Source: Octopus sinensis
Lineage: Eukaryota
Direction of reading: 5' to 3'
NCBI RefSeq assembly: GCF_006345805.1
Contig: NC_042999.1
Span: forward strand, 93,558,001 to 93,622,000
DNA length: 64,000 nucleotides
The position numbers and the translations under genes are program-made. Positions 39,568 to 55,345 of the stretch are shown here, in pieces (the stretch's first letter is position 1; the number at the start of each line of letters is the position of its first letter). The notes beneath the pieces were generated by a model. That model ran no database searches, was not told the DNA's origin, and saw only the letters and a list, made by a program, of their open reading frames with translations.

Positions 39568-42087
39568 TACATTGTAACCTATAAGTGATACTTGGAAGAG
39601 GTAACATATGAAGTAACTTGACTCTAATGTTATTCGTTTGATTCTGACTAATCCAACACCTTTATTTGCAAGAGTTAATATCATATATCTGCAACATTCT
39701 GTTGTATCACAGATTCATTAAATTGGCAATGGGAAACCTCTCCATTTCTTCCTTCTCTCTTTCTTTCTCGCTCTCTCACTTCTCTCTCCTCCTTTACTCT
39801 CAGCGAAGTGTGGTTGCAAAATACCCCATGCCCTTTAGAGTTATTAGTTGTTATAAATTCTTTCTAGGTTACGGATCATGGTGGTTTGTTTTTCGCTTTC
39901 ATACTCCACAATATATCGTCTCATGGAGATGAACTTATCCTCCATTTGACCCTGGCCTACCACACCGTAGCGCAAACCTCGAACAACCTAGAAAGCAAAT
40001 ATTGTAGCTGATATCATGACCTAATTCCAGGACAATATACCCAAATGGGATTATGGGAAATTAGTCTCCTTCGACTGCATATGTTTATAGTCTGTACGCA
40101 TATCACGAAATGTATTTTTATGTTCATAACTCAAAAACATGAATACACTGTTGAAACATTCAGCTAACAACAATTATTACGCCTTATCATAAACTGAGGA
40201 TCACTCTTGGAGAGTGTACATTTTGAACACGAAAACCGTCTTTCTTTGCAGTCAGAAGTTTCAGTCCTCATCAAGTATTAATTTCTGAAAGCAGACTGAA
40301 TAACCACAACGATACTCTCTCCATGGCCGAGTCAGAGCAACAAGAACTCTCACGAGCATCCTAGAACGTAGCCAAAGAAAGGATACATGAGTAGCATAAA
40401 CTCGCTCATTGGCTCACTCAAACCACTGCCTCCGGATTTGACGTTTACAAGAGCTGTTTTTTCCTGGTGCTGCAGCAAAAGTTTCTTTCTATTGAATAGT
40501 GTCATGTCATATTCAATCAGGTATTACTGACTCGTGAATATTCAATTGTCCCACATATTCTGTCCTACTCTAATCAAGTTAATATTATTGCAGTTTCCGC
40601 AACAAAGACCATTCAGTGACAAGATTTGTTTCCTTGTACATGATTTCCCCAAGCTGTAGAATTACAATTTTTTTTAACAGTATCAATCTCAGCAGTGTAA
40701 TATATATAGTTCGACTATTAGGTAGCTACAAAGACAATATAAAACTGATGCTTATAAAAGTAACATCCATCTAGAATAACATAACGGAACATTAATAACA
40801 TGTATATAAACTATACCGTCACAAATAGGTTTATGTCTCAAGAAAATAAAAGGCTCTTGTTTTCCTATATGAGTCCACTTTGTCTAAAAAGGGTAGCAAG
40901 AAGTTACTTGCGGTATCTATCTTTCATATGGCTGCTGTTCAGTTCTATAAACATCTAATGATTTACTTACTGGATATTTACAAACGATCCCCTCTCATAA
41001 ATTGGGAATTTACAGAAGAATGCGATACTGGTAACGGAATATACAAGCGAATATAAGTTCCATAGATCTACAAGGACTTAATGAAATCACACAAAGCAAT
41101 ACATTTACGAATAATGGGACCTACAATTTCTGCATTTTCTGAAACAGCACGCCAAACCTGAACATTTACATCTGTAAATGAGAAATTATTGCAATTATAT
41201 GAAATTTTCAATCATCCATCCAGAGTGTTCTGAATCTTAATCCATAAAATCAATAGGCTAACAGTGGAATTGTCTACAGATGAGGGCACGCTCAGATCTG
41301 CTGCAGAGTAATACAACAAAAGTATAAATCAAACATAGCTTCTTCAAATTAATATAATATGTCCCAAACATTAATAATTCAAAGATAAAATACAACAAAG
41401 AACAGTGTTATAATATTGTGTTTTATCCAGCGGAAAATATCAGGCTAGTCATTTTTTCAATTCACTACAAGTACCTTGCAATGTCTTATTGCACTGCCAG
41501 GTGTACGGAATACTTTTTGATCCGATATACATTACACACAAATTTCCGTTTTTATTTCCACTAGATTAAATACACTGTGACGAATTACAGCCAACTATAT
41601 TATATATTGTAAATTCTATTGAGAAAAAAAAAGATAACAGAAAAACAAACAACTTACCTCAATTCCGATTGATCCGAGAATCCATTCAAGTAACACGTTG
41701 TCGCTATATTCCGTATTGTTTACAATACCAATGCTACATTAGAGTCAAATCCCATTAGTATATTGTGATTCACTTCGCTACCTATTAGGCCACTTTTATT
41801 CGTTTTAATCCGTTTTGCTTTATTTTATATTCACCTTTGTGAACCAATCTCAGTTATAATTCAATATTTTTAGACTACTATTTTACAAGATTTTAAGTGA
41901 ATTTATACTTTTATAACGTTGTTTCATATATATTTATAAGAATGTGTGTGTATGTATGTATGTATACATATATATGTATGTATATATATGTGTATAAATA
42001 TACACATATATTTGTATATATATATACAAATATACATATATATACATGCATACGTGTATATATGTTTGTATATATACATACATACAT

Positions 42088-42180
<93 letters not shown>

Positions 42181-42992
42181 CATATATATATTTACAAAAA
42201 CATACAAACACACATATCAGTTTATGAAATTATAAATTTCCAATACATTATTATATTTTTAAACATATTTTTATTTCAGGCATCGCATATTTTACATAAT
42301 ATATTTTACATACATTTTATCACGTACAGTTTTTATATTCCCTTTGATGTATCACCTATACAGATTTTTTATGACCAATATCACGTTTATTTTATTTCTA
42401 CGCATGACCCATAAACCTTAGTTCATTACTCTATCAACCTAACGTAAGATATATCCCTCTTCCTACTCTTCTACTTTTCTCTCTTATCTTTTATCTAATT
42501 CTTAACTTTGAGGTGCTTTTTCTTGTTAATTGAACATGTGAAGCCTGTCAGATGCGTGGATAGAGGAGCGTGTGCGTGTGTATGTGCGTCAATCTGTGAT
42601 TAGTTTGTGTTTAGAAAAGTGACATGGAAAATGAACATAAAGAAGTAGACGAAGAAGTTTGGCATAATTTTATGAATTCAAATTTTATATAGTCCATAAA
42701 AGATGTTTCTTGATCTGATAAAAAAAAAAGCATGCAAATATGCGATGCCGTTAAAAAATTCTATGTTTTTATATTAATGTGTCTTTTCACGACCAACTAT
42801 GCAAACTTAGTTTTTATCCAAATGATTATATTTGAAATAAAGTAATATGACTGGCCTCCCCTCTGTCCAGTCGTATATATGCATGTTTTGGTCAAGTATT
42901 TGCCGGAAAGCGAAGGTTACAAACATACAATTCGGAGTAATATCTCGTGAAATTGTCCACTTTTAATAAATAGGATAAAACACTACAATATA

Positions 42993-43183
42993 TATTGATT
43001 TCAAATTTTGGCACAAAGCCTGCAATTTCGGGGAGGCGAATAGTCGAATTCACCGACACCAGTGTTCAACAAGTACTTTTTTTTTATAGACTTCGGCGGA
43101 ATTTCAACTCGGAACGTAAATATGGATGAAATGCTACTAAGTTTATTGCTCGGTGTGATAACAATTCTGACAGCTCACCGCCT
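42993..43183 (-). mobile_element. SINE, same family as 27986
   Basis: Reverse complement GGCGGTGAGCTGTCAGAATTGTTATCACACCG...TTTGTGCCAAAATTTGAAATCAA. Confidence 0.7.
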
Positions 43184-45959
43184 TAAAATATTACAATATA
43201 TATTAAGCGTTAGTGTCTCTACTTGCTCGTGCAATATATATATCATGCATATGAAATACACACACACATACACATCGGCAAACACACACACGCATACACT
43301 CACACACATTCAGACCAACACACACACACGCACACACATACACATTCTAACTTAGCAATCACGCTTCAAGACCGTAGTATGCAGTAATATAACCTAGAAG
43401 TAATATCCACTTGATGTAATATCCATATAAAGTCCGTGAATACCGATATTTATGATGCTTAATATTATCTAAATAAATAACCTATGAATCTTGCGTGCCA
43501 GACACTTTTATCTTCAGCAAATTAACCTTGGTATTGATGATATTTAATATCATATAAACTAACACAGCACCACTGTTTATCACATATTCAATATACTTTA
43601 GCTTTTCTTCAAAGTAAACATGATTCGGTATAAAATTTTTAACTGACATAAGTCATTCAAACTTTCCAAGTTCGTAGAACTTCTCGTCTTCCCTGGTACT
43701 TCTTCATTTAATCTTTATTGCAAGCAAATTATGGGTTCCAGGCAGATACAAAAGACTGTAATTAAGTTCTTAAGGTATGGGGTGGGATCAAGTTCTTGTA
43801 CATCTAGAGAGCACGACAAGGTGTTTGCAACAATGGCACTTTTAACAAGAGCAGTGTGCCTAGATAGAGGATAAAATTTAGAAAGGGGAAACTAGCATTA
43901 AAGTTAAACTATGCAGTGAGGAACTATCCACCTCGGCTACTGACAAGTCGCGAGCCACGTGTTCCAAGCACAGCTAGACTACGGCAGCAATCTAATGTCT
44001 AATGCAGAAGATGGCAGAAGCATCTAGGTATCGGAAAATGTGTGCAAAGAGATATCTCAGTAATAAACATCTAATGTGAAGGGGAGAATGTTAAAAATTT
44101 GCTTTACTCTGCTGGAAGCCTTGAAAGCCAATGTAGAAACGTTTTTCATACATGTGTATGGATAAAACGTGCACATATCTTTATTAACTGAAAACAAATT
44201 TACAATGCATGGATTTGCGTCACGTCACTTCTCCAAGGTCTAAGAAGTTCGGTAGTTTGTGATGTGTACAAAAAGGCATTATGACTAGGGTTTTTTACGA
44301 CTAGGTTATCATTCTCCTTGATTTTCAGGAATAAACAGAGATTTGCATGTTCAGACAACGCAAAAATCTGACAGAGGTGATTAGGAGGAAGAAACCGAAA
44401 TGCTGGTAAATTGGATTGCTTAGTGGTTCCCATCCACTGTTGATCTTAGATTTGGTACTCTTTTGCTTCTGCCTCTCCTATCCAATAAATCATAGTCTTC
44501 GACACAATGTGAGATAGAAATTAAGAAATCGGTTGTGAAACAGTGGGAACAAATGGTGCACACCTGAATCGAAAAGGGTTCGAGCGTTGGGTTCACTTAG
44601 TTTGGAAATATATCGCATATTTTGGAAGCTGTATTGTGAAGTAACTTTGTAGGGAAGTGTTACTCTACATGTGCAATTTCAACGATGTCAGTTAACAAAA
44701 AATTATGCCTCCTCCCACTTTTGTATTTAGTTCGGGACATCACTTGAATAAAATATCCCAAAACAGGCGTGTGGTTGTTGCAAAATCATCGATAGCAACC
44801 TTATATCTATGTCTGTAAGATGTAAATTAATTAAGCTAATGTAACACCGATTGTGCTGTTTCAAAAACTAGGACTCACATACTTTTAGTGTGTATACAGC
44901 TTCCTAACAGCTGATTTATACGTCGTACACTGGTAATGATAGTGTCTGGTCAGGAAACGCTGCACACAAACGTGGTTACATAGCGTTTCCCTTGTAAGAA
45001 AATATATAAAAACACAACTCCGTATGATATCGTATTCAAAGTAAACATTTTGATGTAAACAAGACAAGAATTTCAAAAGGAACTTTGCACCAAAATATTT
45101 TTTTACTCAGTTCGTGTGTAGCAGGAAAATACAAATGCACTAAAAGCTGATTGTCTACTATCCGGGCAAGGAGGAAACAGTAACAAATCAAGCTTCACAA
45201 GCAAGTCTAGAAATATAAGCACTGCAAGTTATAAAACGTCAAATGTAAAAAGATGCCGGAACTTACCCTAATCGAAAACGTACATTTTCTCTTTAAAGTT
45301 GTGTGAAATATATTTCGTAAAACGTCAACAAAGTCTTCCTGGTTATTAATATCATTCTGTTTAATATAGAAAAATTGAAAGACATTTGACATTTATGATA
45401 GCTAACTGAGACACATACACACACACATGCACATATGTGTGTGTGTGTGTGTGTGTGTATCTATCTATCTATATATATGCGTATATATGTATATATGAAT
45501 ATATATATATATATAATATATATATATATATTATATATATATATATATATATATGCTGTTATTGTTGCTGTTAGCAATAAGTTTGTAAGAAGATAGTAAA
45601 CTCTCCGTTAATATTGTTTTCGACCATATTTATTACATTGTAATATTTTTAACATAGTGTGGCATTTTCTGATCTTTAAATGAAGAAATAAATATATTTC
45701 ATATTATGTATCGGAATTGGAGCCATTCTCTACATTGTACCAACAAAATATACATCTCAACGCATACGCACTTCAAACTTCCAATAACTATGTGGAGTGT
45801 GTAATGTAATATTATGTAACACTGATTTTTCTGACATGTAATATCATATAAGGAAATATCTTATTATTATGAGTCATATAATGTGGTGTTTGTGATATTT
45901 ACTTCACTCACACACGTAGACAAACAGTCACACACACATGCATGCACATGATGTATGTA

Positions 45960-46008
<49 letters not shown>

Positions 46009-46264
46009 GTTATATAATTAGGGCTCAGTAAAATAATTTACTTTACCACACACTGAAACTTATAGAAATAGCAGCCAAAAATTTTTCTTAGCCATTTCTT
46101 CTACTATAAGAAAAATCTCCCATACAGTGTTTACTCAAAAATAATTCACGTAGATATGGAGGGTAAAATAACAAAATATCACATGTACAAAGATCATTTG
46201 AGAACGTTACGTTTCTGGATTAGTTGAATTTGAAACTCAACATTTCCTTCGTCAGCTCAACATT

Positions 46265-46510
46265 TCTTAATAGGTGTCTTTCGACTGAGAACGAATCAAG
46301 TTGAGCTGACATGTATGAAGTGAAAGCCTAAGGGCTGGAACACGGGAGATGGACATAAGAGGTGTTCGCAGTCGGCAGTCAGGCCAAGTAAGAAAGATCA
46401 TAGCTGGCCGGACACCGGTCACGTGGAAGTAAGAGACAGGTTTGGGCCTCGGGATTCAAGGATTAAAAATAACAGAGATAAAGGGAAAGTTACAGGGGAG
46501 ATAAATGATA
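46265..46510 (-). repeat. Fragment of the ribozyme-bearing repeat family (part upstream of the ribozyme)
   Basis: GTCTTTCGAC...GAAGT...GCCTAA...CACGGGAGA...CGGTCACGTG...AGACAGG collinear with 26505-26660. Confidence 0.65.
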
Positions 46511-48229
46511 TATATATTTCCAAACCCATTCTTTCGGTCCTTTGTACATGCAGTTAAGTAGATTTCATTAAACTGTCAAGCCATTCATGTATCCTACATC
46601 GTCGGTTCAGAGATCTCAGTTGGTCATAAATCTCTTAGTCTGTAAACCGCATACATATATCACCATAAACTTATATACACGCAGATATGCACATTCACAT
46701 ACACACACAGATGCATATACATACACACACACACACATATACACATGCACACGTACTAGCAGATTCGCCAAATCCCACGATATGCATATACTTTTGTCCT
46801 AAATACATGTATTCAGAGATTTATGAATACTTGTCAATATATCTATACAAATACATACATTTATTCATATCGTTTTATTTCGGGATGATCAATTTTTTTT
46901 TTGTTTTTGCCAAATAAACACAGTCACTATACATTTGTTCTTCACTCGTTTATTAAAGTCCTTATTTTTTCTTTTCTTTTTTATTTTAACTCATGTCCAT
47001 TGTCCGGAAATCTTTCGTCACACATCTGTGACCACTTCAGCGACACTTTTCGTTTTCGTGTGTGCTCTTGCTCCAATTACTCCCTTCTGTTCTTCTAAGA
47101 TGTGTATCATTAAGTGCGCATGCGTTGGCGTCTTTGTTTATGTGTGTGTGTGGATGTATGTGTATGTGTTTGTGTATGCTTGTGTGTATATCACTGTTCT
47201 TAGCGGCGATATGAACTTCCACTCAGCTCCATCCTGTCGCCACATTGTGCTACTGCTGTCCTGTGATCCAAAAATTTGGTACAGTTCCTATATCTCTCTG
47301 TTGTTGTGTGTTCGTCCACGGTATTGCCATATATATTGTTGTGGCTGTGAGTCCTTGTGGCTCATACTTCTAGCAATACTGATGCTGAATAGCGTTCTCA
47401 TTTGCTTTAATGACGTTTGTATACACATACATACAAACATACATTTATATATATGTGTGTGTATATATATATATATACCCACACATAGATACAGATGCCC
47501 ACATATAGTACACATACACATATATTAACCAAACACATGCATTAACATATACCCGAGTATACACAAATATAGAAAGGTACATATATGTACATACACCCAA
47601 ATATATATACAGGTTTATGTGTATGTACTCATCCATGCTTCATTCAGGTTTTATTCGAACATAGCTATACGTTCCGATGAGGTTATTCCACAGGGCGCCT
47701 TAGGACGAACTAGGCAATTTGATGAAACAATAAAACAGTGAAACAACACCACAAGCAGCAATATTAATACCGTATTAAATTCATGCACTTAGTGTACGTG
47801 CTAATCAACAGGTTCGTTCATGAATATTGATTCTAAGAGCAGTCCATAGTTATATGTTTGTTTGTAGATCGTTAATAGTTTTATTACTGGTATTGCTTGT
47901 CTACAGGGGCTGATAGAATAAATGTTTTATCGTGAAACATAAAATGCATGAAAAGCCTCGTGACTAATATAGCGGTATCCTTTATTGTTCGGCGTAGGTG
48001 GTGGTTTTGTGGTCATCACTTCACGTGGTATATGCAAGGACAGACAAAAGTTTACACATGACCGTGAACGAACAGCTATCATACGATGTAATATCTTCGT
48101 GAAGTATCTCAGTGGGCTTATACGTAACGTGTTTCTCGGGGGTAAGATATGATTCGTTATCAAGAAATCTAGACAATGTGTAAATGCTAATTAGGTGTGA
48201 GATGATACTACATTGTGATTATTATAATG

Positions 48230-49100
48230 GGCAAATATGCATTTTCTGGCGTGCAAACATTTTACTATGCTTTCTGAGAGTTGATTAATGATCCGGTCTC
48301 TTTTCAACACAATGTAGGGTAATTCCTCTGAGCACAGTCCGCACTTCCAAGAAACGGCATTGTATGGTAGTGCGTGCTTCGTGGTGGACCAACACAGGCC
48401 ATATTGTATCTTATTGGATTTGAATTACTACCGAAAGTCCGTCAATGATGTTATGTGTCTCTTGTTGAATGTTTTGAAGCTAGAAATGTGGTTGCGGTAT
48501 CGATTTTTGAATAAATCAGCCGTTGCACCAACGTACACGTACATGCCTCCTCTTGTGTGCACAATACATTTATATACAATCTTACAGCTCACGCAGAATT
48601 TATTCATGTGACAAGGTGTTTTAACTCTGCATGAGCACTTTTTCTAGCTGTTGTCCTCGGTTCTCATCACAGTTCCTGTTGCGTTTACATCACAGTTCCA
48701 TATACTATTACGAAGTGGCCTTATCGAGTTATTTACGATTTGGTTGCCAGTATTTGTGGTGTTGTAACTACTATGTCCTATGTATTGTCCTACACCAGAG
48801 CTGATCGAACAAGCACTGGTTATTCTTTCTTTGGTTAATGGTTCACTGGCGGGGATGGCTAAAACGCAGTTGAATTTTGTATTGTTAATCTGGTGTATAT
48901 GTTGCTTTAAATTACAAACATTGGGATATAGCCCCTTTACAGCGTCTGTTAAATATCGTGTAGCACCTATTTGATTTGGGGAATCATCTATCTAAATCTA
49001 GGGAAAACTCGTTGGCGATTCTTGATGAAACGTGTGTCCCAGGGATCGGATTATAGCAGATAACGGTGTGTTATTTATATTTCTTGTTTGGTTTATTGGT
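48230..49100 (-). mobile_element. Penelope-like element remnant with recognisable GIY-YIG endonuclease
   Basis: Manual translation: LDR*FPKSNRCYTIFNR; CSCRVKTPCHMNKFCVSCKIVYKCIV...YVGATADLFKNRYRNHISSF...PYNAVSWKCGLCSEE...KCLHARK. Confidence 0.8.
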
Positions 49101-49922
49101 TCCAGTGCATTGCGAGGTATTGCTGTTATGTATTGCGTAGTGTGTTGTACTTAAATTACGGTTGAATTACATCACGTGACTAGACGTTTCTGCACCTGAC
49201 AGATTCACCACGACTAGCTGCATAAATTCCTACCGACAGGACGTGTCGAAAGGATAGATGTGAGCAATAAGCTTTCCCATGTATTCCATCTTTAATCTCC
49301 TCTCTCTCAACACATCAAATATAAAATTCTTCCCTGAAGACGGAGGTCATTATTATCCGAGGATACTCTTGCATATATATTTATATCAATATATGTACCA
49401 TATATATCTGCGTGCGTGTATGTCTGTGTTTGTGCATTTGCAATAATATACCGAAGAAAGACGCTTGAGATCCAGAGTATATGAATTACAAGCTTATTCC
49501 TAGTGCTTCGGAAATGTGCATTTATCACAAACTGACAATGGCATTTGAAAATGCAATATCTATATTAATTTATCAGTAATATATGTTCGAAATATTACTT
49601 TCTAAACTAATCTTAATAGTTAAACTAATCTTAACAATAATCTTAACGTGAAATTAATTGTAACAATATATCAGTGATGTTACCTTACCAGTGCTGTGTT
49701 ACCGAAAGAAAAAAAAAAAGAAGATTTTTATGACATCTGATACCCTTATACTTGAAATTAATGCTAATGCATGTGGATGCAACATTAATGATGACTGTGC
49801 GATGCAATACATACAAAAATAAATGATTGTGATATATGCGAAACGTAATATCCTCTAGTTAATGCAAAGTTTTCCTTTGTGATAGAAAATCTCTAAACTT
49901 AAGCAGCTCTTTTATCTTTGAA

Positions 49923-50768
49923 TCGTAATATATATATATATATAAAACTCAATTTGTGTGTCTGTGTGTGTATCTGTGTGTGTGTCTGTGTGTTTAACTT
50001 CCCGGTACACCTCATCCTAGCCAACAAAACGTAGAACCACAAAAAATGGGTCACTTAAAGTTTAGGCGAATGAAAATTGAACTGCGCTATTTCTGTTCCG
50101 AAATTCATCTTGCAAGTGCGAAAATCGATAATGTGTTTGTTTAGGCCTTATCCCGTGAATTGAATAGTGAACTTTACTCATCCAGCTATTTGACGTGAAC
50201 TGTGTTCACCACGCGTGCAAGCATGCGTAAATTGCATGAAAAATAAAATATCAAGATATAAAAACGAATCGCCGTAAACACTGTAGAAATTTGGCAAAGA
50301 AATGAATTTTCGGGATGTAGCCTGGAAGGTTTTTTTCGTATTAATCGTTTGGACTTTGTGAACAAATACCAATTGTTTTCATAACATTTTTAACGCTTTG
50401 AATTAAATGTGACCACTTTGTTTTGAGTCTGCAGTTTGAATCACTTTCACCAAATTTTAGCAGACCGGATTTTTGATCATCACGATACATCGCCGGCGAC
50501 GCCCTGAAACTCTCCCCTGAAATCCCCGTTCAGAAATACTGATCTAAAAGAATAATTCAACAATGCAATTATTTGATCAACAAAAATTTATTAAACGCTT
50601 CTACGAACTTCCTATTGAGGAGATGGAACACATAAGCGCAAAAATAGAGGGTATTAAGTGCTTGATTTTAAAACCAAAATAATTGAATTTTGACTGAACT
50701 TCATCTAAGTTCACGTGAATTTGCGCGTGCATAAAATGCACGAGCGCACGAGCCGGGCAATACTGCTA

Positions 50769-50769
<1 letters not shown>
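49923..50769 (+). mobile_element. Non-autonomous Helitron-like element
   Basis: 3' end GTGCATAAAATGCAC hairpin then GCCGGGCAATACTGCTAG-T, the same terminus as 18752-18770; 5' TATATATAAAACTC...TGTGTGTCTG; 5' boundary approximate. Confidence 0.7.
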
Positions 50770-50867
<98 letters not shown>

Positions 50868-51042
50868 CATGTATATATACTTGTATAATGTATATGCATA
50901 GATGTATTTCTATAGATATACATGTATGTCTAGATGTACATGTAATATGTGCACAAATATATATATACATATATACATGCATACCTATATACATCCTTTA
51001 TACGCATACACACACACCGACTCCCCTCAAACACACACATAG

Positions 51043-51340
51043 GTGCAGGTGTGGCAACAAACTTGGTTCCAAAACACATGGTCTTCTGTTCAGTCCCACT
51101 GTGTGGTAACTTGGCATGTGTCTTCTGCTATAGTTTGAGACTTACCAAAGCCTTGTCAGTGTAATTTGTAGACAGAAACTGAAAGATATCAATTGTATGT
51201 ATATGTATGAATATATGTAAGTCTATGTATGTGTCTATGTGTTTCTTCCTCATCACTGCTTCCCAACTGGTGTTCGTTTATTTACATCCCCATAACTTAC
51301 TGGTTTTACAATAAAAAACTGATAGAATAAATATCGGGCC
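51043..51340 (+). mobile_element. SINE
   Basis: TTCAGTCCCACTGTGTGG...AAAGCCTTGT...AGACAGAAACTGAAAG...CCCCATAACTTA...GATAGAATAA. Confidence 0.65.
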
Positions 51341-51472
51341 AATCAAAATATAAAAAAAGCACTACGCAGTGTCTCATATTTTTCTTTGCCCACTTAGTTG
51401 TATCTATCAATTTATCTTTGTGTGTGTGTGTGTTTGTATAGACACACACACACATATATGTATATATATATA

Positions 51473-51635
<163 letters not shown>

Positions 51636-51703
51636 ATTTCGTAGACAGGAACTGAAACAAATCAATCGTATATATATGTATGTATATATGTAAGTGTATG
51701 TGT

Positions 51704-54252
51704 TTTGGTATTGGCAACATGAATGGTAATAGTCAGAAACTTCTTTCTGAATTCTGTTCAACTGACCCGTAGTTACCACACCGAAGATTGTGACACAGAT
51801 CATTCACTAACAAGAAGCAGGATGAGGATTCTGCCTAAAATGTCCATCACTCCAAGAAAATGGGTCAAATACGCATTAACACTGCCAGAACCTACACTGC
51901 TGTTTCTGTCAAGGTTGCCCTCAGTAGCTGCCCAACCTCCTCTGCTGAAAGTAGGTGGAATTATATCAGGGAGGCTTTGTATACCACATCAATTGATACT
52001 TTCGGCATGAGAGAAAGGAAAAACCCAGATTTTGTTCAGTGCTGGGCTCTCAGACCTGGAAATAATTATCAAAGCAAAGTCACTCGAAGAACTCAGAAAG
52101 GCAAGACATGAAACCCAACTGACTGCCAGAAAGAGGTAGTGGCAGGAAATCTGTCAGAGTATCCAGTCAGCGGCTGACAGTGGCGACACCCGTGGGATGT
52201 ATGCCGGTTTGAAGAAGGCCCTCGGGCCATCCGCAACCAAGTCAGCCCCTCTGAAATAAACTACTGGGGATCTCATCAAGAACCAAAGCAAGAAAATGGA
52301 TAGATGGGTGGAGTACTACCAGGATCTGTACTCACGAGTGTATCCGTAGCTGAGGCTGCAATCGAGGGTGTCAAGATCTTGCCAGTCATGTGTAAACTTG
52401 ACAGTCTGCCGTCTATAGCAGAGCTCACCAAGTCTATTGACTCACTAGCAAGTAACAAGGCTCTGGAAAAGACGGCATTCCATTAGAGATCATCAAAACC
52501 GGCAAAAACAACATCCCGCCTCCGCGCATTCATGAGTTTCTGTGTCAGTGCTTGGAAGAGGGTACAGTCCCTCAGGATATGTGGGATGCTAACATCATTA
52601 CGCTTTACAAAAACAAAGGTGACCGTGGTGATTGCAAAAATTACCGTGGAATATCTCTTCTAAGCACTGTTGGAAAGGCCTCTGCTGGCATTATCCTGTC
52701 TAGGCTACAACTGCTTGCTTCTCGAATATATCCAGAAGAGCAGTGTGGCTTTAGAAGAAGCAGATCAACTATATATGATATTCTATATATGACATGATAT
52801 TCTCCATACGCCAACTTCAGGAGAAGTCCAGAGAGCAGAAAATTCCATTATATATGGCCCCCATTGATCGGCCTTTGACTTGGTAAATAGAAAAGGCCTC
52901 TTCATCCTGCTCCAAAAAATCGGATGTTCACCAAAGCTGCTGAGGATCATGAAATCTTTCCATTATGATATGCAAGGCACCGTACAGCACAATGGTTCAA
53001 TATCAGCCGGCTTCCAAATAGAAATTGGGATAAAGCAAGGTTGTGTCCTTGCTACTACATTATTTGTCATCTTCTTCTCGCTGCTGCTGTCACATGCCTT
53101 GGAGACATCATATGATGGATTGTTTCTGCACAGTAGAAGTGATGGGAAACTGTTCTATCTCTCGCGTCTGCCTGCCAAGACCAAATTCAGAAGAGTCCTG
53201 ATTAATGAGATGCTATTTGCTGATGATGCCGCTCTAGTATCACACACAGAAGAAGTCCTGCAAAGGCTCATCAACTGTTTTGAGCAAGCATGTGGCAACT
53301 TTGGCTTAGTTATCAGCCTCAAGAAGACCAACATCATGGGTCAGGCTACATCGGACATCCCAAACATACATATTGGAGACCACAGACTACAGGAGGTGGA
53401 GAAGTTTACCTATCTTAGCTCTACCGTCACCTACAACCTCTCCCTTGATGATGAGCTCAATATACTCATTGGCAAGGCAGCTGCTGTGATGTCCCAACTC
53501 TCCAAACGGGCATGGAACAACAATAAGCTGACCAAGACCACAAAAATGAAGATTCACCAGGCATGTGTACTTAGCACTCTACTGTATAGAAGTGAGACAT
53601 GGACGCCATACACACGCCATACGACGCCATACGACGCCATACGTCGCCCAAATGTCTTTCACCTGCGCTGCCTCCGGAAACTCCTTCGCATCAAATGGCA
53701 GAATCATGTCCCCAACAAAGATGTCTTCAAGCAAGCAGGAATACCAAGCATGTTTGCACTCCTCACACAAAGACGTATGAGATGGCGTGGACATGTTAGC
53801 CGTATGGAAGATGGCAGAATCCCCAAGGACATACTCAACGGAGAGCTTGCTAAGGGCACTAGGTCTGTGGGAAGACCGTTCTTAAGATACAAGGATGTTT
53901 GCAAAGGGACATGAATGCCTGCAACATCAATATTACCAAGTGGGAAGCAGTTGCCAGCAACCGTGCAGATTGGCGACATACCGTAAAAGAGGGAACACAA
54001 AGGAGTGATATAGAGAGAGAGGAGAAATAGAAAGACAAGAAAAGACGTCAACAAGAAACTATGACATTACAACCAGCCAGGCAAAGTATTCGCTACATTT
54101 GCGGCACCTGCCAGAGAGAGTGTTCGTCCAGGATAGGACTACACAGCCACAGCAGGAAATGTTTTAAGACATGAAATATAAAAGCCGGAATAGATCATGT
54201 TATGCGCAACTCCATTGTCTCCCGAGACAAAAAGGATACCAACAACAATATG
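51704..54252 (+). mobile_element. 5'-truncated RTE-clade LINE with ~73-bp target-site duplication
   Basis: RT fragments (WDANIITLYKNKGDRGDCKNYRGISLLS; QCGFRRSRST; IKQGCVLA; LFADDAAL; C-terminal CGTCQRECSSRIGLHSH), 3' (CAA)n tail, direct repeats 51631-51703 and 54253-54327. Confidence 0.92.
52880..53914 (+). pseudogene. RTE reverse transcriptase fragment
   Basis: 344-aa ORF with KQGCVLA, FADD, ISLKKT, VEKFTYLSS, RMRWRGHVSRMEDGRIPK. Confidence 0.9.
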
Positions 54253-54585
54253 TATGGATTTCGTAGACAGGAACTGAAACAAATCAATCGTATATATATA
54301 TGTATGTATATATGTAAGTGTATGTGTGTGTCTTTGTTTTTGTGTTTCACCTTCATCACTGCTTCACAACTGGTGTTCATTTATTTACATCCACATAACT
54401 TACTGGTTTCACATGGACAAACTCATAGAATAAGTACTAGGCTTATCAACATAAAAAAGCACTAGGCTGCGTCTAATATGTTTGTTTGCCCACTCAGTTG
54501 TATCTATCAATTTATCTTTGTGTGTGTGTGTGTGTATCTATATCTATCTATCTACCTACCTACCTATCTATCTATCTATCTATCT

Positions 54586-54647
<62 letters not shown>

Positions 54648-55058
54648 GATATATATATATATATACGAAAGGTTTGAGAATGTTTAAAAGATGTTTATTT
54701 ACTTTACCGGTTTCACTCTTTGGAAAAAGATTGTCAAAAGTAACATGTAGAAGTTTGGTTGCGTTAATTATTGGTTGTTACAAATTGCTACATTACATAT
54801 ATACTGTCTTTGGTAACAGGGACATGTTAAAGGCATAAAAAAGTTTAACAAGTTCCTTAAAATATTGGGCACAAAAGATTACTACATAAATAATCATTCT
54901 CAAGAACATGTTTGAGATTCCAGAAGGAATTATTGAGTTTCCAGAAGGAATTATTAAAAAGTTCAGTGGAATATTGGTATACACCCACAGAATATTATGA
55001 GTTCAAAAAGGTTTACGTTATAATAGTAGGGAAGCTAAAACTGACCTGTCCACCATGT

Positions 55059-55103
<45 letters not shown>

Positions 55104-55345
55104 CACTCTAATGGGAGCCTTAACTCCCAAATTTTAGTTGTTTCTTTTATGATCCAAACTAGGTCAAAAGTACTGAAATTATATTCTATGCATAAGTGTC
55201 ATAGCCCCCATGACAATTCATATAATTTTGCTGTTGATGAAATTTTAACCATAGATATTAGACAAAAATATTTTATAAAATTTCATCTTCTTACAAAGTT
55301 AGAAAGACCCTTCCATGGGGACTTAACACCCACAGTTTTGTCATT

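Noticed and set aside
43700-44100. Possible ancient RTE C-terminal remnant (LDYGSN)
   Set aside because: A single weak motif only.
48110-48165. Decayed hammerhead-like text on the minus strand downstream of the PLE GIY-YIG
   Set aside because: Core not intact and stems unsupported.
53602-53648. ACGCCATAC tandem repeats inside the RTE RT
   Set aside because: Local slippage duplication in a dead copy; no evidence of function.
53704-54054. Minus-strand ORFs over the RTE element
   Set aside because: Antisense shadows of the RT.
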